A DNA stretch of 64,000 bases from Eledone cirrhosa (taxonomy: Eukaryota): positions 88,846,001 to 88,910,000 of the forward strand of contig OZ024745.1 of NCBI GenBank assembly GCA_964016885.1. The letters are read 5' to 3'. Shown in pieces: positions 25,760 to 38,051 of this stretch; the stretch's first letter is position 1, and each line of letters opens with the position of its first letter. The notes below the pieces were generated by a model. The model ran no database searches, was not told the origin of the DNA, and worked only from the letters and a program-made list of their open reading frames with translations. The position numbers and the translations under genes are program-made.

Positions 25760-26320
25760 TTGGTGCTACTGGTAACATGTATCCCAGTACAACCTGTCCC
25801 AAGGTTTCTTGGTGAGGAGGGTGACTTTGGACATCCTGCAGGTCTAAAAACAAAACCTGTCAAAGGGCAATGGAGCTCTTAAGTGTCAATGGCCATCCAA
25901 AATCACCGGGAGAGATGACCCCTTAGCCTTTGTCAAGGCAGAATTCTAGGAGATGGAAAACTCTGATATAACACCTGCAACCCTGATGGTATCCAATGAT
26001 GTTGACTTGTTCTTCTTTTTGGTAAATATCAACTTGGTTAATAGAGTGGGACTGGCTTTGTGCAGTGCCTTTGCTCACTATAAAAGCTTCACGGCACAGG
26101 CATTGCTCTATATCAGGAGATCTCTCTGCACTTGTCGTCACATGGTACCATGGGCCCAGCACTATGTGTCAATAATTGTCACAAGTGTGGTGTTGGACCA
26201 GAGTTTTCAAGTCGCTGGCTGGACTAAAAAGTCATTCTCGTTCAGTGCATCGATAGGGGTTCTCCGAAATGGATATAAACTAGTGGCCGTACTCGAAAAC
26301 GAGTTGACAGCCACCATGTA
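25760..26320 (-). repeat. (CATA)n-associated ~550-bp repeat
   Basis: Highly similar to 51755-52276. No recognisable protein. Confidence 0.75.
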
Positions 26321-27408
26321 TTTATGCATATATCCTTTGCAATTTTGATATAATTGTACGTATATTATAATTGGGAATCAATTGCATATACACATACGTA
26401 TACACATGTCATTTGCGTATGAATGTTGTATGTATGCGTGCTTGTATACATGCATGTTTGTATATATGTGTGTATGTATGCATGCATGTTTGTATATATG
26501 CGTGTATGTTTGCATGTAAGTATGAATGTATGTATGAATATATGTATATATATATGTATGTATGTAGGAATATATGCATGTATGTATATATGTATGTGTG
26601 CATGTATGTGTCCATACATGTATGGAGGAATCATGTGGTCATATGTTTGTTTCTCTCACACTGCCTGTATCAACAACATTTGGCTTTTACCAAAGACAAG
26701 CTATTATGAAGCCTTTCCTGAATTGGAGAAAGAAAAAGGGTAGGCCTTAACTGCAGAATGAACGTGTTCAACAACTGAAAAATATATTAAGTGATGGGAT
26801 GGCTGTCGTTACCTGTCACTTGAGCGGGTCTTAGATCCGTATGAAAATTTCAGCATCCTTGAATGATTTAATTTTGTGTTTCTTATTTATACAATTTCAT
26901 TTAATCCGGTTGAGCAAATAGAAGATTAAAATTGCATGTAATGTTATGTGCTGGTATTGGCCTTAAATGGAATAAACGTCTAAATCTATTGAAGTGGAAT
27001 ATGTATACGAGAGAAAAAGAAAAATCATTTGTGAAATGCAAGCTAATTCTAGGAATGTCCTGCCATAGAAATTGCCTGGCATGTTATTATAATTGACGCA
27101 ATGAGTAACACAGCAGCTGTTGAGTCACTTGAACCTTAGCCATCTTCTTGAAAGGTTGAGAGGTTATATAGAATTCGGTTTGTATAATTTAAAGTAGATA
27201 TACTTATTCATTGTTGATCTTATGTATTTAACTCTCAAAAAGATTCAAAGCAAATGCCTGATACATCTGTTTGTCATGATGGCACTGAATAACCTATATA
27301 TGTTTTGGGATTGTTGGAAAACTGCTGTACCAACTTCCTAAAATGTGTCTCAAAAGCAGGTGTATATACGAATAATTCTTATTGCATGCGACCCTTTACT
27401 ATCACACC

Positions 27409-27558
27409 TGCGGCCCGCACAAAGGTTTTTGCAGCATGAGCATGCTTTATCTTCGTAAAATTAGTTGTGATGTGCGCAATTAGTTGTCGTATGTGGCCCT
27501 CAGACAACACATATGTGATCCATGTGGCCCTCGGGGGACCCTCGGTTTGACATGCCTC
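27409..27558. mobile_element. hAT-like DNA transposon end fragment
   Basis: Repeated TG(C/T)GGCCC subterminal motifs ending in GTTTGACATGCCT (reverse complement of a CAGGCATGTCAAAC-type TIR). Confidence 0.45.
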
Positions 27559-28004
27559 CCTTAAGGAATGTATCCCTTAATAGTTTAAACGTTGAAAGGA
27601 AGATAGCGTAGCATGCACGACTATTTTCAAGACTCCTGACACTGGTATGAGGAAGGAAGTTATCCTATGACCAGTGAATTTTTCCAAAATGTTCAACCAA
27701 GTTGAACTGAGAAATGGATGAAATCTTCCTACTAAAATCACAATAAAAGATTCGAATATTTTCTATCATAAAAGACATATGAGATCAGATGTTGCATTTA
27801 TTTAACGTCGATGTAATCGATTGCTTGTCTCTACTCTCATAAATCTTGGGTAGATATTCTACAACGTATACGTGATGAACGGTTCTATTTCTCATATTCG
27901 ATATGTTTAATAGAAGAAAAAAAATATCTGCATGAGTAGGGAGTAATCTTAATCCTGTAAGACATCTCATATATTTCATTTTTCGTGATAAATAATGGTT
28001 TCTG

Positions 28005-28190
28005 CTTTAGAAACAAAGCCAACAATTTAGTAGGGGGAGAAAGTCGAAAAAATCGACCCCAGTGTGTTAGAGGTACTTTATTTTATCGACCCTGTAAGGA
28101 TAAAATGGAAAGTTAACCTCGGTGGGATTTGAACTAAAACGTAAAGGGATGTAACTATGTAGCGAAGCATTGTGTCTGAGGCACTATACC
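28005..28190 (-). mobile_element. SINE (octopus-type)
   Basis: Reverse complement of the 12052-12165 family (GTTCAAATCCCACCGAGGTTAACTTT..GGGTCGATAAAATAAAGTACC..CACTGGGGTCGA). Confidence 0.7.
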
Positions 28191-30015
28191 AATAAACATA
28201 TGCACGTATTCTGTATATATTTGATCGGATATCACTTTTACCATAAAACTAGACTTGGAAATATTTCCGTATAAGGACGCAATAATTTCTTTCTCTTTAC
28301 ACCAAAACATAACAGCTACAACACGATCAAATAAACTTAGTCTTAACGCTAAGCAATTCGTATTCAATAACTACACACACACATTACTTGTGCAATCCAT
28401 ATTAAAGCAAAAACCATTTATGTGATACAGTACTTCTTCCAAAGAACTCTCTGATTAGTCTAACAACGTACTCTATTCATTTTTTTCTCAAATTTCTTGT
28501 CCAACTAAAACATAGCCTCTGACCTAAAACTGTGTATTAACATTCCTTTGCTTCATATTCAGATAATTTAAATATCTACTATCTCACCATCACACAAACT
28601 CCGCCTATAACAATATTTCCAATTCATTTAAACTAGAAATGCATCCCCATAGCGTCCCATTTCTGTCTAAGTAGAATATTTAAACAATATTTCAGTCTCT
28701 TGTTTTGTGAAAAAGAAAATAACGAAATTCGAGTTTCCTGTCTATTTTGCCCATTTTACAATTTTACAATTATCTTCCATTATACAAGATGTATTAGTTT
28801 GCTTTCTTTAATAGTATGTACAATATCCAATCGATGCATGATAATTTGTTCATATGCTGCCAATGAAATACAACACTCCACATCATTAAATCTATTCTAT
28901 TGTTAAGCAAAGAAATATATTAACAAGAACTGTAATCATACGATCAACTTTCTCTTCTACAATGTGGAGGTACGGCTTTTGACACAAGCAATGTTTCAGC
29001 TATAGTTTGTATGTAGAGGCTAATGAAGTTACTACTAGTTCTATTGTACCCTAGACAGCTGAATCCTCTATCATAAATCACCTAAAGATATACAGAAATA
29101 AACAATACTGGACAAAGAAAATAATAACAAAGAAGTAGAAAATACAATCAGTGCTTTTGTGGAAATTCTCCAATTTCAAATAAGATTTCTTTAGTGTCTG
29201 AATAGAAATTAATCGTGAATATTTTTATTATATCAGAATTGCAAGAATTATAGTAGATTAATAATCCTGCTAAACATAGAGATAGTTATAATTAACTACT
29301 ACAAAGAAATCATTGTATGCTGTCTCAAACGATGAATAATATCGTAGATTTGTGTAGTAAACGCTAATAAATGTTGAACTATTATATTCGTGTAGCAATT
29401 TTAGTAGTATTATGGTAATATAACGCTTATGATTTGTTAAACAGGAACGTTTAATAATGACGAAGTTAAATTCTTCCCAACGTTAGCCTTTAAATTTAGC
29501 ATAATTCCGGTTGAGCATAGAACCATAGCAAAACTTCAAATGACATTAAAGTGAATTATTATTTGTCTAAATCCACAAATTCAAGAGAAAAGAGGTATAG
29601 TAGATATATTAGAATAGAACCATCACTAATACTTATAGTCACGTTACTGTATTTGATCTGAAAATGTAACGAAAATAATACAAAATAATACAAAATTTCT
29701 ATCCAGTTTTTAACATACTTTACTCTGTTACTCTATTACGTGTTCCAGCCGACGGGCTGAGGACATGCTGGGTGACCAGGTATTTTCAAAAGTAGTCTCA
29801 CTTCACATCCTTTCGTACTTATAATTTAATATTTATTAGATCATCAGCACCGTCAGTATTATCACCATTGCTATCATTGTTGATGATACACAGGGTGAGC
29901 ATAAAGTATTTCCCAGATTATAACTGATTGTAGACGTTTTCACGCGTGGTTATGTCTGGGCGTGAGACATATTTATCATCATGCTAGCTGTTATGATGGT
30001 GTGACACACCAGTTT

Positions 30016-30205
30016 TGTATATCTGTCGGAAACGAGGGTAAAACTAAAGGTATTCACCATGCGTAATTCCGAACTACCGACGAGAAAATACAAGAGACTC
30101 CGTACACACAGTTCGCATGACAGCTCACTTCAGTTCTTATTTATAGAGTCTCGCCTAGTCCACTTTTAGCCACACGGGGGTATTCAGGGTTTTTACCCTA
30201 CAACA
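30016..30205 (-). mobile_element. Possible short LTR with adjacent PBS-like TGG
   Basis: Minus strand reads TGTTGTA...TATAAATA...ATACA, then aaacTGGTG. Confidence 0.35.
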
Positions 30206-30244
30206 CTATCAATAGTTTTATTCAAGATTATACTGTACTACTAT

Positions 30245-30525
30245 GTGGACCAGTGATAAGAGTATTCGATTTACGATCATAATGTCGTGGGTTCGATTCC
30301 TGGGTTGCGTGTTGTGTTCTTGAGCAAAACACGTCATTTCACGTTGCTTCAGTATGCTCAACTGAAAATGAGTACCAGCAATAGCTGGGGGTTTGACCCT
30401 GCGATTGACTGGCGTCCTGTCAACGTAGCAGTCTTGTACTCTCAGTCATTTAGCGTCTTGAAAGCGGGATAAGCACCGGTCAAATGAGCCTTCTGGCATA
30501 AGACAGACTTTAGACTTTTAGACTA
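30245..30525 (+). mobile_element. tRNA-derived SINE
   Basis: A-box-like TGGACCAGTG, B box GGTTCGATTCC, body TTGAGCAAAACAC..TTCACGTTGCT, tail (TTTAGAC)n. Confidence 0.7.
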
Positions 30526-30529
30526 GGTA

Positions 30530-32520
30530 GACCACGCTGTTCCTGGGATGTGCGCGGTGTTTTCATTCTGCGATATTTGCATACATTTGTTAGATATTGT
30601 CTTCAGTTTTGTTTTCTGTGTTAATCTAGTGGTACAATATTTTCCTGTGTAGACTATATGTAATGTTGGTTGTGTTAATATTTGAGAGGATTTCATGTTT
30701 AGTTAGTGCTGTGTTATTGATGTTTTTGCTTCAGCGTCGGACGGTGATTGTGTAGTGTATGTGCTGCAGTAGTTCTGTTATATTAATGGACTATAACGCG
30801 TGGAATGTGAGTTGTGAATGTTGTTGGTGTTAGAGTATTGATTTCTTTGATTTCGATGTTTCCGTTTAATTCAATATTTTCATTTATCTTTAATTTGTCT
30901 TTTTCTATCACCTTTGACACATTAGTTTTGTCCCATACTATGTTTTATATTTTTGCTGAATTTATGAATATGGTTTCGTACAATTTTCTACAGGGTTTTA
31001 TCTCTTCTGTATATTTTCATGCCATACATATCTAATCTAATCTGGCTGAGTTTAAACTTGCAAATGAGAAGAACCAGGGCACCCCTAGGAGCATATGATT
31101 TGGTGTACTTCATATTTATTTTCGGTTGCTGAATACAATCAGGGGTCGCTGCTTCTCCTCGAGCGGGAACACCTTTCCATTGTCCTTTTGCATTGATCAT
31201 CTTCAAAGCCGCATTGTTCTGAGAACCACTACACAAGTCTTTCGATGCGTGCAGCTGGAACTACTGCCACCCATTGATTTGGCAGGATCGCAACTCATTT
31301 CTACAGCTGAGTAAACTGGAGCAACGTGAAGACAACGTGAAGTGTCTTGCTTAAGGACAGAACTCATCACATGGTCAGAGAATCGAACTCACAACCTTTC
31401 GATTACAATCCCAATGCTCTAACCACTAAGCCATGCGCCTTCGCATACATATACTTAGGATAATTTATACTTCGTATTTTTGTTCGATATAGGTATTAAT
31501 ATTTGCAACGCTTGGCCAACGAATAGAGGATATATGGGTCCTCCGTATCCCTCATAATATGGATACAAGCCAGATGTTAATAATCTTCTAGTGTTGGCTA
31601 TAAACAAGTTATGCCCTCCACTGTGTTGATTGGCTATATTTGATGTTTTATTTTGTTGATTTCACGAATAAAATGGGATAATTCCGCAGGTGTTATTTGC
31701 GTTAATTATTTTGTTTAGGAAGCAGGGTTCTACGTCAATCATGTGAGAGTGAAAATTGAAAAGAGTGGGTGAGAGGACGGATCTTTGTGATAATCCATTC
31801 GTGAACTGTTGCTAATATTCATTATATAGGCTTGCAAATCTGACAAGTAGCATATTAGCCTGCGTTTTGTGTTGCAGGCATTTACATTACTCTACAATTA
31901 TATTTTCATGGTAAAGGTTTTATCTCACATAATTATCTCCCATAATATGGAATCTACGAGACTTTGATGATAATATTATTTATTTTGAGAACAATACCTT
32001 AACATCAGTATGAGTGCCCGGTTATGGCTGGTTTGAACAAAAAGAGGTGAAAGAATGATGGCCGATTACGAACGGTTTAAAGGCTAAAGTGTTAATGAAA
32101 TACTTGTTATCTTGTGTGTATTGGGGTCATGTGGGATGAAAGATATCCTTGAATATTAGGGTGATATTTAGGGGGTTAATGTTTTGCCTTCCGTTTGTGA
32201 GTCGTGTGATTTCTATGTATTGTTCTTCGGACTGACGCTCGGTTTATTTTGTTTAACTCTGTATGATGAACAATTAGAAGATTCCATGCTGGTTTATGTG
32301 ACACGTGCTTATGATTATTTTGTTGAATGTATGTACTGCATCTATGTTCGTAAATTTGGTGATCCTCAGTCCTGAAAAAAAACTTGATTGGGTTCCTACT
32401 AAGCCTTTTATTAACTATAAATGGGACTTGCTTCTCTCATATATACATGAATGTGCTGGGTCGATAATCCTTAAATGCTCAGAAAAAGGATCTGCAGTTG
32501 TTTGACAAGTGGGTGTTATA
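30530..32520 (-). pseudogene. Heavily decayed PLE-like RT remnant interrupted by a SINE
   Basis: Removing the SINE and one TSD restores NYPKYMYGMKIYRRDK, resembling the PLE motif P..YG.PKIHK. Boundaries uncertain. Confidence 0.35.
31032..31443 (-). mobile_element. tRNA-derived SINE with 9-bp target-site duplication
   Basis: A box TGGCTTAGTGG, B box GAGTTCGATTC, (AGATT)n tail. CATACATAT duplicated at 31023-31031 and 31444-31452. Confidence 0.85.
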
Positions 32521-32717
32521 GCGGGAAACATTACTGCAGTTGGATTGAGAATGTAAGTATATATAGCTGTGGATTTTTATTTACTGAATAGAAATTAATC
32601 CATATATTATACATGTCACTGTAGAGTGTATGTATTAAAGTTTTCAACATGACTGCGTTTAATTCAGTAAAACTTTTCATGACTGATTAGTATATATATG
32701 AATGTTCTGCGATGGAG

Positions 32718-34200
<1,483 letters not shown>

Positions 34201-34459
34201 GCGGCGATGAATTAGTTTTGCGAGGTTTTTTATATGAAATCGTGTGTCGAAACAGATATTGTTATATTTGGGGAGGGTCATATTTGCGTAATATTGCCAG
34301 AATTAATAACAGAACACACTCACTGTTTGGTTGGTTTTCGCTTCTCGCTGTCTTTTATATATATATATCTGCGATCTAACTTACTCGGTCCTCAATGTTG
34401 CCATTGACTGACCGGCGGTCAAAAATAATACAGATACAATATAGACAAACACATATATA

Positions 34460-34516
34460 TATAGTTTACATAAATCTTTCGTTGCACATCTGCAACATCG
34501 TCAGTGGTGTTATATT
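34460..34516 (-). ncRNA. Hammerhead-like motif (left arm)
   Basis: Reverse complement of 41150-41206. Confidence 0.6.
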
Positions 34517-34776
34517 CATTGTTCCTCCTGTTGTGTTGTATGTCTACGCCATTTTTTTTGTTCAGTCTGTCTATATATTTATTTATTTATTTGCTTGTTT
34601 GTTTATCTTATTTTATTTTGTCTTCTTTGCGCATGCGTTTGCGTGTGTGTATAGTGTTATGTGTGATGTGTGACTAGTGTGTATAGTGTTGTGTCTGCTG
34701 GGTGACTAGTGTGTGTTTATGTGCTTGTGTATGTATTTATTTATCTTATTTTATTTAATTTAATTTACTTATTTAT

Positions 34777-37700
34777 TTATACTTCTCTTAGGTCAGTGTT
34801 GTTTGTTTGGGTGTTGTTGTTGTTCCACTCATTCTTTCTGTTTAGCTTTGGTCTTCTAATTTCTATTTCACTGGCCTCTCTGATTTGCCTATCTGCTGGG
34901 TCATTCCTATGTTTAGATATTATTCTAATTTCTATGTTGTCTATGTTACCGTCATGATGTTGTCTAGCATGTTCGTATAGTACTGACCCGTTTTTTCGTC
35001 CTTTTAGTTCCCCCCAGTGTTGGTCTATCCTTTCACCTATGCTACGAGCTGTCTCACCTATGTATGTTGTTGTCGTGTTTCTGCAAGTACCCTCTGTACA
35101 TCTTATGCTATAGACTACGTTTCTAGTTTTACAGTTTATCCGGGGGTTCACCTTACATATGATACATTTCCTATTGGTACAGTGGGTTTTCTTAAAAGGG
35201 TAGGTTTTGCTGATCAGGGATTTTATGGTGGTTCCTGGCTTTTCTACCACCTTTATTTTTAAGTGGGTCTTTCTCAGGGCCTTTCTACACTGGTTAGCTA
35301 ATTTCCCTCCAGGGGTGGCGTCCACAAACATGACACTCTGATATCTCTGGTTGTCGTACCATGATGTGGCCTTCCCTATCTTATGTCTAGCCCTATCTAA
35401 GCTATTCCATGATTTGCTCCTGTATAGTGGGCAAATTCCTTTCATGTCCAGTTCTATGAGGGTCTTATACTTTTCCATGGCTCCTTCGTATACTCTGACT
35501 CTGTCTCTTTGGTTGTAGCCAGAGAACTGCATGCGGTTGATGAAGTGTTGGATGTGTCCTTCCATTTCTGTTGGGTCGCACATGCTGGACACATTCTTCA
35601 TCACTCGTACCAAATCTGCGATCAGAATATTAAACTTAGCACTACTGGACATTGCTGAGTTTTTGAGTATCAGGTATTTGGAGGCCATGGGTTTAGCATA
35701 GTGTGAGTGGAGAATTTGGGCTCTCTCGTCTATAGTGTTAATCCAGAGTTCTGTGTCTAATACAGGTAGTCTATTGTTAGGGTGTTTGGAAGGGAAGTCT
35801 ATAGTTACAGTTATACTCTGGTGTATGGAATTAGCTATCTGCTGGATGCTTTCCATCGTGCTACGTTCTAAATCAAACTTGTTAGTGCTCTCTAGTGGGG
35901 GTGTTCTTATAACTATATTGATATCGTCTACATAACGAGAGTACATGATGAGGTCTATGGAGCTTTCATTAAGGAGATCTTTAAGTCTCCTTTCCCACCA
36001 TACCATGAAAAGGTTGGCAACATCGCCAGCTATGCTGACGCCGATGGCTGCTCCCTCATTTTGGGTGTAGATTTTCTCATTGAACTTAAATATGTGGCCC
36101 TTTAGGGTAGTTTTGATACTAGCCCCTATTGCATGTGCGACCATTTTTCTTACCTGATCAGTGTTTTGGGGGGTCCGTATAGCTTTGGTCCACCCAATCC
36201 ACCTTCCTATGGGAGTCTTTTTAGCCATTGAGGTTATGGTGGGGGGTCTACCTCTTATAGGTCTACTAGGGCAGAAACATCTAAGGTCATGGCTGTCTAG
36301 GTAGTCAGTGTCGTAGGTAAGTCTAAGTAGGAGGCCCAGTTCGTCTGTGTCGACGTCGCAGAACTCCACCTCACTCTCAATGATCATCTCCACACATCTT
36401 TTCACAGCAAAATCAATGTTAATGGATGGGTACAGTGACACCACATCCATGCTGCCTATTATGCAGTTGGATAGGCTCCTGTTTTTGTTGCACTCACTGA
36501 TTCTGCTGAGGAGGTCCTCTGTACTTTCACATACATCTGGGGACATCTTGATTATGGGGCGTATAACCATTGAGAGGAAGTAGGAGATCCTGTAGTTGCT
36601 AGCTATATTAGCTCCGCATACAGGTCTTGTTGGTGGTCCTATTGTCGGGTCGTCGACTGTCTTGTGGTCTTTGCGGAGCCCATACAAGGGTGGTATGCCA
36701 TTGTTAGACGCCTGGAAGTTGTTGGCAGTGCGTCTGCTTGGCTTTAGGATGTCAGTCCACATCATCATGTGAGCGTTGAGGATTTTTTCTCTCCCATCGT
36801 GTGTTAGTTGTGCAACTTCGCTCGTGTTGGTGATGTGGGGTTGCATTGCCTCGATGTAGTTCGGCATGCTATCTATTGACATCCTACCAGACTTATCTGT
36901 GGGTAGACACACTACCTCACCATCCCTTGTGCGCTGCTTGAGGCTAACCAAGCCTTCTACAGGTTTTATCCCAAGTTGTTGGGCCTCTGGTCTGCTCTGT
37001 CTCATAGTGTACCTGTCTACTACTTGTCTAATCTTATTTCTAGCTATGGTGAACTGTGCCTCCGTCTCGTCATCTATTTGTTGTGGTATGCAAACTCTTT
37101 TATTAAAGGGTAACCTCGTAGGATAGATATTACCCATCTTATATGTTTTGTCAGCTGGGTTGAAAAATAGTTTCTCTAAGGGGTTGTCGTTATTTCTATC
37201 GTCATAGTTGTGTGTGTTGCTATTATTGTTATCATGGTGGTTGTTGTTGTTTCTATCCTTAGCATTAATATTATTATTGTTATGATTGCTAGATGTATTG
37301 TTGTTTACTTCACCGTTATTGTTGTTGTTACTGCTATTTCTACCATTGTGGTTGTTACTATTATTATGTTTCTTGTTTTTGTTGATGTTGCTACATGTAC
37401 TATTTCCATTATTACCACTGTGGTTATTGTTGTTGTTGTTGTTCGTATTGTTACCGTTATTACTACTGTGGTCACTGTTGCTGTGTCTGTGGTTAACGTT
37501 TCTATTATTATTATTATTGTGGTTGTTGTTGTTCTGTCTATCGCTAGTATTATTACCATTATCACTATTTCTCACTTTCCTGCCATTGTTATGGTTATGG
37601 CTGTTATTTCTATACCCAGAGTTATTGTTTATATTACTACTACCGTTATTATTGTTGTTGTTGTTTACCTTTGCATTCCAACGTATTTTTGTGAAACACT

Positions 37701-38049
37701 TTTCCAGCTCCGTTTTGCATTCCATAGGATTAATCTTTTTGTAGATGGCAAATTTTGGTGGTAACTTTAGGATTTGTTGTTCTTGTTCACTGATTAAAGT
37801 GTTCCCATAGATATTTACTGTGTGGTCATTGGTAAATTCTTCCGGTAGTTTTACATCACTCATACGGATGTTGTCGATGTTATCTGGGTATTTTTGAGAA
37901 TATTCGATTTTCCTTTCTTGTAGTTTTTTCTTATTCATCCATTCTAATTTCTTCTTGAAATGCCTACAGCATTCGTTTTGAGCATATTTCGTTTCGCGTC
38001 GGATGACGCTCATGAAGTCATCTCTCTCGTTTGCTGTGATGAGATTTCG
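34777..38049 (-). CDS. PLE RT plus Cys-rich linker plus GIY-YIG endonuclease, 5'-truncated
   Basis: PTDKSG, LYGLRKDHK..PTRPV, SMDVVSLYPSI, GAAIG, RYVDD, VLD, C..C..C..C, VVY..YIGET.R..ER..H. The frame stays open upstream of ATG 38013 to the inversion junction. Confidence 0.92.
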   Translation of the reverse strand, partial: RNLITANERDDFMSVIRRETKYAQNECCRHFKKKLEWMNKKKLQERKIEYSQKYPDNIDNIRMSDVKLPEEFTNDHTVNIYGNTLISEQEQQILKLPPKFAIYKKINPMECKTELEKCFTKIRWNAKVNNNNNNNGSSNINNNSGYRNNSHNHNNGRKVRNSDNGNNTSDRQNNNNHNNNNNRNVNHRHSNSDHSSNNGNNTNNNNNNNHSGNNGNSTCSNINKNKKHNNSNNHNGRNSSNNNNNGEVNNNTSSNHNNNNINAKDRNNNNHHDNNNSNTHNYDDRNNDNPLEKLFFNPADKTYKMGNIYPTRLPFNKRVCIPQQIDDETEAQFTIARNKIRQVVDRYTMRQSRPEAQQLGIKPVEGLVSLKQRTRDGEVVCLPTDKSGRMSIDSMPNYIEAMQPHITNTSEVAQLTHDGREKILNAHMMMWTDILKPSRRTANNFQASNNGIPPLYGLRKDHKTVDDPTIGPPTRPVCGANIASNYRISYFLSMVIRPIIKMSPDVCESTEDLLSRISECNKNRSLSNCIIGSMDVVSLYPSINIDFAVKRCVEMIIESEVEFCDVDTDELGLLLRLTYDTDYLDSHDLRCFCPSRPIRGRPPTITSMAKKTPIGRWIGWTKAIRTPQNTDQVRKMVAHAIGASIKTTLKGHIFKFNEKIYTQNEGAAIGVSIAGDVANLFMVWWERRLKDLLNESSIDLIMYSRYVDDINIVIRTPPLESTNKFDLERSTMESIQQIANSIHQSITVTIDFPSKHPNNRLPVLDTELWINTIDERAQILHSHYAKPMASKYLILKNSAMSSSAKFNILIADLVRVMKNVSSMCDPTEMEGHIQHFINRMQFSGYNQRDRVRVYEGAMEKYKTLIELDMKGICPLYRSKSWNSLDRARHKIGKATSWYDNQRYQSVMFVDATPGGKLANQCRKALRKTHLKIKVVEKPGTTIKSLISKTYPFKKTHCTNRKCIICKVNPRINCKTRNVVYSIRCTEGTCRNTTTTYIGETARSIGERIDQHWGELKGRKNGSVLYEHARQHHDGNIDNIEIRIISKHRNDPADRQIREASEIEIRRPKLNRKNEWNNNNTQTNNTDLREV

Positions 38050-38051
38050 GA

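Noticed and set aside
29730-29770. Partial hammerhead-like remnant (CAGCC/GGCTG then GAACACGTA on minus strand); similar weak case near 49730-49790
   Set aside because: CUGANGA core and stem I not supported.
29890-29925. Tc1/mariner-like terminus (CAGGGTG)
   Set aside because: No matching second TIR or transposase found.
30245-31443. tRNA genes
   Set aside because: A and B boxes continue into SINE bodies with tails or a TSD, and no full cloverleaf is evident.
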